Source: Propionibacteriaceae bacterium (GTDB lineage Bacteria > Actinomycetota > Actinomycetes > Propionibacteriales > Propionibacteriaceae). From it: a DNA stretch of 64,000 nucleotides. The DNA is taken from the NCBI GenBank assembly GCA_030537675.1, contig JAUNVL010000001.1, positions 7,656 to 71,655 of the forward strand, read 5' to 3'. Shown piece by piece: positions 45,378 to 52,461 of this stretch; the stretch's first letter is position 1, and each line of letters opens with the position of its first letter. Under the pieces are notes generated by a model. It saw nothing but the letters and a program-made list of their open reading frames with translations. It made no database searches and was not told the origin of the DNA. A program made the position numbers and the translations under genes.

Positions 45378-45751
45378 GCTGGTACCGCAGCCACGTGGGC
45401 CTCGGCCGCTCCGGACAACGAGATCGTGAGCTGCGCCTGGTGGCCGTCAGCCACCGTGACGTGCCACTCGCCCCATTCCTCCTCGATGAAGGAGTCGATG
45501 GGATGGAAACCATGGTGTTCGAGGACTTCGTTGACGGCGCTCCTCAACCCGGCACTGTCGACGGTCTCCAGGGCAACGCCGCTCCCGAAAATTGGACCCA
45601 CGCGGACCAGGCGCGGGTCATCCGTGCGAGCGGCGTCCGCCCTGTCACGCCACAACAGGGGGCCGATCTGGGTCTCGAGTGCTCGCTGCAGTGAGTCGAG
45701 CAATGACCCGTAGCGCATCGAAAGCTGGCGCACTCCGTCGTCGCCGTTCAT
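45374..45751 (-). CDS. Small cytoplasmic hypothetical protein (125 aa), candidate immunity/partner protein of the calpain-like protein
   Basis: In-frame part of ORF 45374..45904. ATG 45751 is preceded by AAGGAGGGG and lies 20 nt after the protease gene stop. There is no signal peptide. Confidence 0.6.
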   Translation of the reverse strand: MNGDDGVRQLSMRYGSLLDSLQRALETQIGPLLWRDRADAARTDDPRLVRVGPIFGSGVALETVDSAGLRSAVNEVLEHHGFHPIDSFIEEEWGEWHVTVADGHQAQLTISLSGAAEAHVAAVPA

Positions 45752-45770
45752 TCTCGCCCCTCCTTGTAGA

Positions 45771-46973
45771 TCACTGGGCCGGCCACTGCATGACACCGTT
45801 GGTCCACCGGGTGTACTCGTCCTCGGTGAGTTCCACGATGTGTGGATGGGAGGCCGGGCCATGGGGATTCTGCAACCTGATCTTTCCATCATCGGTGAAG
45901 CCAATCACCGAGTAGGCATGGTTACCGAAGATTTTCTTCTCCGCGAGGAAGTCCTTCGGGAGGGGGTCAGGTTGGGGGTCCGGGGCATTGGTGGTGGCCA
46001 CCATCACAGCTCCGGGCGGTTGGGTGGACAGCGTGCTGCGAATGCTGTCGAAGCTGGTGTTGGAGGACTGCGTCTCCGTGTAGTTCTTCCCCAACACGAT
46101 CTTGCCGGTCAGGGGGAAGTTGCTCGATTCGATCTCCGGGTGGAGTTGGCGCATGGCCTGGACGTAGATCGACAGGTAGTTGGGTTCCTTGGTCCACGCA
46201 TTCCTGGGGTCAGGGTCCTGCAGGTGGCGTGGGTCAACGGTCGTGCGTTGTGCTGCTCCCGTCTCTGGGTCGTACATCGTCACCTCGTAGGTCTGGCTGA
46301 CTGGATCCCACACCACGTGCTGGCGGATGAACTCGGGGTTGGAGCGGCCGAGGCTCATGAGCGGCGACAGGAATGCGCAGAGGGGAACCGAACCCTGTGC
46401 GCTGTCGTCCACCTGGTCCAGGATGCCGTCGTCCGAGAAGTCGAGAGGGCCGAGGTCGAATGTCTGGATGTCCAGTCCCAGGGCGACAGCCAGGGCTGAA
46501 GCCGCACTCATGTCCACCACGGTGGCGACGTGCAACAACTGACGCACGTTGGCGCTGATGGCACGCGCCAGCGCCAGGCGTCGAAGCAGCACTTTCGGGT
46601 CCAGCAACGCGGTCTCGGGGATGGGGAGGGCGCGGCCGGAATCCAGCACCCTGATGCGGTTCGCATCCGCGATGGCCAGCATCTGCAGTAGTTGGCCTCG
46701 CAGTTGTTCCATCCGCGCGGCCGCATTCGTCAGGACGTCAGCGAGCTTCGGCAGAACCTTGGCCAGGCGCTCCACCTCCTGTGCCTGTTCCTCGCATCGA
46801 GCGCCGATCATGTCCCCGATCGTGTCCCGCCAAGCATCCTTGATGGACACTCCGGTGCGGCGGAGTGATTCCGCCTGATCGCTGCCCTGCGAGGCTGCGT
46901 ACCGGAAGGCAGCCGCGCGGGATTCCCACGGCCCTGCGTCAAAGGTCGACAGCTTCTCGACGTCGATGCTCAC
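45771..46973 (-). CDS. Two-domain protein: helical N-terminal domain (~185 aa, no signal peptide) fused to a calpain-like (peptidase C2, papain-fold) cysteine protease domain
   Basis: Calpain-type motifs are QGSVPLCAFLSPLMSL (Cys199, codon 46379-46377), GNHAYSVIGF (His352, 45920-45918) and IRLQNPHG (Asn369, 45869-45867). The GTG start at 46973 overlaps the upstream stop (GTGA). Confidence 0.8.
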   Translation of the reverse strand: MSIDVEKLSTFDAGPWESRAAAFRYAASQGSDQAESLRRTGVSIKDAWRDTIGDMIGARCEEQAQEVERLAKVLPKLADVLTNAAARMEQLRGQLLQMLAIADANRIRVLDSGRALPIPETALLDPKVLLRRLALARAISANVRQLLHVATVVDMSAASALAVALGLDIQTFDLGPLDFSDDGILDQVDDSAQGSVPLCAFLSPLMSLGRSNPEFIRQHVVWDPVSQTYEVTMYDPETGAAQRTTVDPRHLQDPDPRNAWTKEPNYLSIYVQAMRQLHPEIESSNFPLTGKIVLGKNYTETQSSNTSFDSIRSTLSTQPPGAVMVATTNAPDPQPDPLPKDFLAEKKIFGNHAYSVIGFTDDGKIRLQNPHGPASHPHIVELTEDEYTRWTNGVMQWPAQ

Positions 46974-47272
46974 ACGCCTTCTCCACCTGTGAAGTTGAAT
47001 CCTTCAATGGCGTCGGTGTTCCTCGCCTCCACCTTCTGGATGGAGGTGGCGGAAGCGTGCATGGACTCGGCGAGCGCGGCGACGTTGCCGCCGAGCGTTG
47101 CGAACTGGGCGAGGAGGTGGGCATCAAGTTGTCCGAGGACGGCGTCCACCTCGAAGTCCCCCGACGCTGCACCGACACTGAAATCAGACCCGAGCCGCCG
47201 CACTGCGTCAGCCACCGAGCCGACCCCTTCGGCCAGCATGTGGACCTCGCTGGGTGTCACATCAAGTCCCAT
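46970..47272 (-). CDS. 100-aa all-helical, Trp/Tyr/Cys-free protein resembling EspC/DUF2580 or WXG100-superfamily type VII secretion substrates
   Basis: ATG 47272 is preceded by AGGAGGTG. The sequence MGLDVTPSEVHMLAEGVGSVADAV...ALAESMHASATSIQKVEARNTDAI has the size and style of EspC-like proteins. It is translationally coupled to the calpain-like gene. Family assignment is tentative. Confidence 0.6.
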   Translation of the reverse strand: MGLDVTPSEVHMLAEGVGSVADAVRRLGSDFSVGAASGDFEVDAVLGQLDAHLLAQFATLGGNVAALAESMHASATSIQKVEARNTDAIEGFNFTGGEGV

Positions 47273-47442
47273 GGGTCACCTCCTGGTGTTGCGCCCCATC
47301 GTAGGCGTCGCCCGGTTCGCTGGACGCTGCCCCCTCATCGCCCCTGGCGGATGCGCAGAGCAGCTGTGCATTTCATCCCCCGGGTCGACAGCCCGTGACT
47401 GCTTCGGCCATCGTGACAACCAGAATTCCATAGGAGGAAACC

Positions 47443-50400
47443 GTGCAGCAGCGACGCAGCGCATCCTGGGGTTGGTTCACAGCCGGCCTCGCCACCATCC
47501 TGGCAGTGGGGGCGAGTCTCGTCCCCGTCTCCACCGCGAGCGCCGCATCCGTGGTGTTCGAGGCGGAGGCCGAAACCAACATCCGCACCGGGCAGGCTCG
47601 GGTCCTCGACCGTCCCGAGGCCTCCGGCGGCAAGGCCATCGGCTATGTCGGGGGAGGGAACGGGACGATCGGCATCAAGGTCGACGTCATCGATCCCGCC
47701 CGTACCTCACTCACACTGAAGTGGATCTCCGGTGAGAACCGGGACATCCGCTACACCTGCAACGGCGGCGCGGAAACGCTCCTCGACCTTCCGGTGGGGC
47801 CGAACTGGAGCACTCCGCAGAGCACACCCCTGACCTGCGCCGGCCTGACGGCGGGTGAGAACACCATCACGTTGTGGAACACCACTCCGGCACCAGACAT
47901 TGACGCTCTCGTGGTCTCCACCTCACAGCAGGTGATCTTCGAGGCCGAGGATCCGTCCAACGACCTCACCGGCCAGGCCCGGGTCCAGGAGCGCGCAGGC
48001 GCATCGGGCGGCAAGACGGTCGGCTACATCGGTGGCGGCAACGGCACGCTGGGCGTGCGCGTCAGCATCGAGGCAGCAGGCCAGAAAGAGTTTGAACTCC
48101 AATACATCTCGGGGGAGAAGCGGGACATCCGCTACCAGTGCCCCGGTGCCTCGGAATCCACGCTGCTGAACCTCCCGGCAGGTCCCAACTGGAGCACCCC
48201 CGTGACACACGAGTTCAGCTGCTACATCCCGCAGGGACTGCACGTCATCACCCTGTACAACACCGGTCCCGCCCCTGATGTGGACCTGCTCCGCATGGTC
48301 GGTGGCATCGACGACGGTGGCGGCCCCGTCACCACCCCCACACCGACGCAGGGTTACCCCACCGAGGATCCGTGGGCCGATGACCCCGCCAATGCGAAGC
48401 CCGCTTCCGCCCAACAGGACCCCGACTGGATGCTGATCGACGACTACTCGTCCGAGTTCAGCGGTACCGACGTGGAGGGCAAATTCAGCCGATTCCCCGA
48501 CCAGTGGGGTTGGCGTGCCGAATGGCGCTGGGACGACGAGGCCGCGGTGGTGCAGGACGGCAATCTGGAGCTGAAGCAGAGCTATGACCCCACCAACAAC
48601 TACAACGTGGTGCCCAAAGGCTGGCAGACGGCGCTCGTTGACCTGAACCTGCAGAATGCCAACACCGACACCGTCACCACTTATGCCGCCCATACGGGCA
48701 ATACGGGTCTGCGGCACACGTACTTCAATCAGTACGGCACACGGACCCAGCAGACCTTCACCGGCCTGGCAGCCGGCACGCACCAATTCTCCGCCTACGC
48801 GAAGTCCGAGGGCACCGAGGGCACGGTGGCGCTCGTCGCGAAGAACTGCACGGCCGCAGGCTCGGAACAACGCGAAGAGATTCCACGCAGCAATGGCGGC
48901 TGGAAGCAGTACAGCCTGGTGGTCGACGTCGTCGCCGGCAGCACGTGCGTCGTCGCACTGGAGTCGACGGGCAAGACCTTCTCCGACGTCGCCATGTTCG
49001 ACGATGCGGTGTTCACAGCCCCCGGAGTCACCACGAACCGCCTGGCCAACCCAGGGTTCGAGACGCTGGACACCACCCACAACAAGTCGGGCGGCGTCCA
49101 CATGACGGAGCCGGTGAAGTACGGCTACTTCGAGGTGCGGGCCAAGTCCGGCACGCCGTTCCCGGGTACATGTCTCGCCTTCTGGCTGGACGGCCGGGAA
49201 GGCGACTACTCCACGGAGCTGGACATCGTCGAACTCGGCGAGAAGCCCGGCAACCCCAACGCGGTCGACTTCGCCGCACACCGCTGGCCGTCCAAGGCAC
49301 TGGGCCCCAACCACCAGTCCAACGGCGGCGACGTCTACCAGGCGCCCTGGGACCCGTCAGCCGACTTCCACACCTACGGCTTCGAATGGGAGCCCGGTGT
49401 GCAGCGCTGGTTCGTCGACGGCGTACTCCGCGCCGAACGCAAGGACCCCGTCTTCGACGCGGCCGAGCAGTACATGATCCTCTCGCTGGGACTGCGTGCC
49501 CCCTACGTCAACAACCCGGCGGCCTACCCGAACGCCTACGACAATGCGAAGCCGTCGCAGTTCGACTACGTGCGCGTCTGGAAGCCCCGTGCATTCGAGG
49601 TCCCCAGCACCGTGGTGGGTGACTACCAGGCGTCCTTCGTCTACTCCGACGGCTGGACCGCTTCCGGCGGCAACCGCACCAGCGGCACCGCAGGTGCCAC
49701 CTGGAAGTTGCGCTTCGACGGTGACGGCGTCGACGTCGTTGCCCCGGCGGGTGCCGGGCAGGGACGCGTTGCCTACTCCATCGACGGCGGCCAGCCGATC
49801 GTCGTGGATCATGGCGCTGCCACCTCCTCGACCGTGTGGTCGAGCCCGGTGGTTCCTCGCGGCAAGCACGTGGTCACAGCAAGGGTGGTCTCCGGCGCGG
49901 TGGGTGTCTCGTCGGTGATTGTCCGCAACACGCTCGATGACTCCACGCCGTCACCGTCACCGTCGCAGTCGCCGGCACCGACGGTGACCGTGACCACGAC
50001 GGCCACTGCCGAGCCGAGCATCACCTACGCCCCCACCGTCACCGCTACCAGCAGCGCCACCGCGACGGCCACGTCCAGTACGACGGCCACCGCCACCAGC
50101 AGCGCCACCGCTACGGTCACCTCCACGGTCACCACCACCGCCAGCGCCACTGCCACGGCGACGGCCAATGTCACGGTCACCACGACGGTTACGGGATCCA
50201 CAACCCCCACCGTGACGACTGCGCCGGTTCCGCAGCCCGTCGACATCTACACGGCCCCCGGGATCCACGAGGTCAATGGTCGACGATGGTTCACGACGTG
50301 CGAAGCGTATTCGGCCACGTTCCGATGCACGACGCAGATCTGGTCCACCCAGATCAGCGAGGTCAACGGGACTTTCGTGTCCACCACCGGCTGGCACTTC

Positions 50401-50649
50401 AACAACCTGACCTATGTGGCGTCGCCACGCAGCCTGTGGGCGGGCAACCCCCTGGCCGTCACCGGATCGTGGACGGCCACCGATGGCCGTCGCTGGCGCA
50501 CCGAGTGCGACACGGCCGTCACCGGCGGCAACGGGTGTCGCAGCTGGGTCACCTCCCGCATCATCGAGAGCACTCGCCAGGCCGATGGCACCTACCGCCA
50601 CGCCTGGGTCACCAAGGAGGTGTTCAACAACATGGTCCGGTTCAGCTGA
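47443..50649 (+). CDS. Secreted multidomain GH16 glycoside hydrolase (two N-terminal CBM-like modules, split GH16 catalytic domain, further beta-sandwich module, Thr/Ala/Ser linker, Cys-containing C-terminal repeat domain)
   Basis: GTG 47443 is preceded by AGGAGG. Signal peptide ...LVPVSTASA-A. The GH16 catalytic motif ELDIVE is at 49216-49233, with flanking YGYFEVRAK, AFWL and FHTYGFEW. Confidence 0.85.
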   Translation: MQQRRSASWGWFTAGLATILAVGASLVPVSTASAASVVFEAEAETNIRTGQARVLDRPEASGGKAIGYVGGGNGTIGIKVDVIDPARTSLTLKWISGENRDIRYTCNGGAETLLDLPVGPNWSTPQSTPLTCAGLTAGENTITLWNTTPAPDIDALVVSTSQQVIFEAEDPSNDLTGQARVQERAGASGGKTVGYIGGGNGTLGVRVSIEAAGQKEFELQYISGEKRDIRYQCPGASESTLLNLPAGPNWSTPVTHEFSCYIPQGLHVITLYNTGPAPDVDLLRMVGGIDDGGGPVTTPTPTQGYPTEDPWADDPANAKPASAQQDPDWMLIDDYSSEFSGTDVEGKFSRFPDQWGWRAEWRWDDEAAVVQDGNLELKQSYDPTNNYNVVPKGWQTALVDLNLQNANTDTVTTYAAHTGNTGLRHTYFNQYGTRTQQTFTGLAAGTHQFSAYAKSEGTEGTVALVAKNCTAAGSEQREEIPRSNGGWKQYSLVVDVVAGSTCVVALESTGKTFSDVAMFDDAVFTAPGVTTNRLANPGFETLDTTHNKSGGVHMTEPVKYGYFEVRAKSGTPFPGTCLAFWLDGREGDYSTELDIVELGEKPGNPNAVDFAAHRWPSKALGPNHQSNGGDVYQAPWDPSADFHTYGFEWEPGVQRWFVDGVLRAERKDPVFDAAEQYMILSLGLRAPYVNNPAAYPNAYDNAKPSQFDYVRVWKPRAFEVPSTVVGDYQASFVYSDGWTASGGNRTSGTAGATWKLRFDGDGVDVVAPAGAGQGRVAYSIDGGQPIVVDHGAATSSTVWSSPVVPRGKHVVTARVVSGAVGVSSVIVRNTLDDSTPSPSPSQSPAPTVTVTTTATAEPSITYAPTVTATSSATATATSSTTATATSSATATVTSTVTTTASATATATANVTVTTTVTGSTTPTVTTAPVPQPVDIYTAPGIHEVNGRRWFTTCEAYSATFRCTTQIWSTQISEVNGTFVSTTGWHFNNLTYVASPRSLWAGNPLAVTGSWTATDGRRWRTECDTAVTGGNGCRSWVTSRIIESTRQADGTYRHAWVTKEVFNNMVRFS
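47551..48300 (+). repeat. Tandem duplication encoding two ~123-aa CBM6/35-like modules inside the GH16 gene
   Basis: Module 1 begins VVFEAEAETNIRTGQARVLDRPEASGGKAIGYVGGGNGTIGIKV...ENRDIRYTC...PVGPNWSTP. Module 2 begins VIFEAEDPSNDLTGQARVQERAGASGGKTVGYIGGGNGTLGVRV...EKRDIRYQC...PAGPNWSTP. Confidence 0.75.
49945..50235 (+). repeat. Low-complexity ACC/GCC-rich repeat DNA encoding a Thr/Ala/Ser/Pro linker
   Basis: Encodes PSPSPSQSPAPTVTVTTTATA...TATSSATATATSSTTATATSSATATVTSTVTTTASATATATANVTVTTTVTGSTTPTVTTAPVP. The motif GCCACCGC(C/T)ACCAGCAGCGCCACCGC recurs. Confidence 0.7.
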
Positions 50650-50865
50650 GGTTGAACCGGGCTCTGTCCCGACTCGACGCGCCGCGCTCACTGCCCGCGA
50701 AGGACGTTCTCGTCCTGGCGGGACGTGGTCGCGGCGTTTCGCGTCGACGGATGGGCGGGGAAGACAGGGGTGGTGGCCACCGGACGCGCCGGACTCACTG
50801 CTGCCCGTTGACGTGGGCGTCGCGGCGGGTACTTGGCGCAGCGGGTCCGGTCAGACCGGAGGTGC

Positions 50866-52461
50866 TCAGGACAGGCGGACCACGCGGTCGCACGCAGCGA
50901 TGAGCTCGGGATCGTGCGTGATGACCAGCGCCGCCCGCCCTTCGGCGGCGCGCCATACGTCGTGCATCAGGGCGCGCGCGGTGGCGGTGTCCAGGTGCTC
51001 CGTCGGCTCGTCGAGGATCAGCAGTTCCCGTTCGTCGGCCAGGACGCGTGCCAGCGCGAGACGTCGACGCTCGCCACCGGACAGCGTGGTGCCGGCCTCG
51101 CCGATCCGACGCTCCGGTGGCAGGTCCAACCCGGCCTCCACGAGTGCGGCCACCACCTGCTCGTCGGTGGCGTCCTTGTTGCCGATGCGCACGTTCTCGG
51201 CCACCGTCGTGGTGAAGATGTGGGCGTCCTGCGCGAGGTAGCCGACGCGGTTGGCGCGCCGCATGCTTCCCGCCAGCGGTGGGATCAGGCCCATGGCAGT
51301 GGCGGCAACGGTCGTCTTGCCGATGCCGGATGGGCCAACGAGCGCGACCCTCTCACCGGGATGGACGTGAAAATCCAGGTCACTCTGGACCACGACGCCG
51401 CCCGGCCAGCCGACGGCGACGCCGTCGAATTCGAGCCCGGGGGCGGGGTTATCGGAGGAGGTCACGTCGCCGGAGCCCACGGGCTCGGCGTCGAGGACGT
51501 CGATGATCCGCTCCAGCGCCGCGCGGGAACGGGTCCACGTCTGGGCAGCGGAGGTGAAGGCAGCAAAGACCTCGTGCAGGGCCAGGGGAGTCAGGACGAT
51601 GACGGCCAGGAGGCGGGGGTGCAGTTCCCCGGCAACCACGGCCGGACCGCCGATGGCCAGCGCGGCCACCACCGCGACGCCGGCAGCCACCACCTGACCT
51701 GCGGTGGCGATGCCGCGCACCCAGGCCGCGCGCGACTCCTGCCGCCGCAGGGCATCGTCGACGGCCAGCAGATCAGCCAGAACTGCATCCTGCGCCCCGT
51801 AGGCCACGAGGTCGCCGGTGGTGCGCGACAGTTCGCGCACGCCGTCGGCGAGTTTGCCGCGGGTGGGGACCGCATCGAGGTCTGCGGCACGGGAGGCGCG
51901 CTGCGCCAGCAACGGCACCATCACACCGGCGATGATCGCGGTGACGAGCAGAATCAGGGAGGAGGCCAGGTTGAACCGGGCAAGCATGAGCGTCGTGCCG
52001 ACGATCACCAGGGACGCCGCGAGGGCAGGGATCACCACGCGGACCACCAGATCCTGGACCGCTGCCACGTCCGCCACCACGCGGGTCAGCAGGTCACCGC
52101 GCCGCCGACCGATCAGCGTCGTGGCCGAGAGTTTGTCGTAGACGCGGATCCGCAGGCTCGACTGCATGCGCAGCGCCACGTCGTGGCCCACCAGACGCTC
52201 CACGTACCGGAAGACACCGCGCGAGATGCCGAAGAACCGGACGCCGACTGCGGCCGCCTGCAGGAAGAGCACGGGCGGCATCTCCGCTGCCCGGCTGATG
52301 AGCCAGGCGGAGAGACCAAGAAGCGCCACTGAGGCGCCGGATGCCATGGATGCCAGGAGCACGGCGAGGCTGAAGCGCCTCTTCCCCTGGGGGACGGTGG
52401 CCAGGAGTTCACCCACCAGGCGCACCGTGGCGTTCCCGGCGCGGGAGCTGCGACGACTCAT
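50866..52461 (-). CDS. cydC: Thiol reductant ABC exporter subunit CydC
   Basis: Fused TMD-NBD architecture with Walker A GPSGIGKTT, LSGGERRR and LILDEPTEHLD. It is the last gene of cydABDC, and its start overlaps the cydD stop (52458-52461). Confidence 0.85.
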   Translation of the reverse strand: MSRRSSRAGNATVRLVGELLATVPQGKRRFSLAVLLASMASGASVALLGLSAWLISRAAEMPPVLFLQAAAVGVRFFGISRGVFRYVERLVGHDVALRMQSSLRIRVYDKLSATTLIGRRRGDLLTRVVADVAAVQDLVVRVVIPALAASLVIVGTTLMLARFNLASSLILLVTAIIAGVMVPLLAQRASRAADLDAVPTRGKLADGVRELSRTTGDLVAYGAQDAVLADLLAVDDALRRQESRAAWVRGIATAGQVVAAGVAVVAALAIGGPAVVAGELHPRLLAVIVLTPLALHEVFAAFTSAAQTWTRSRAALERIIDVLDAEPVGSGDVTSSDNPAPGLEFDGVAVGWPGGVVVQSDLDFHVHPGERVALVGPSGIGKTTVAATAMGLIPPLAGSMRRANRVGYLAQDAHIFTTTVAENVRIGNKDATDEQVVAALVEAGLDLPPERRIGEAGTTLSGGERRRLALARVLADERELLILDEPTEHLDTATARALMHDVWRAAEGRAALVITHDPELIAACDRVVRLS

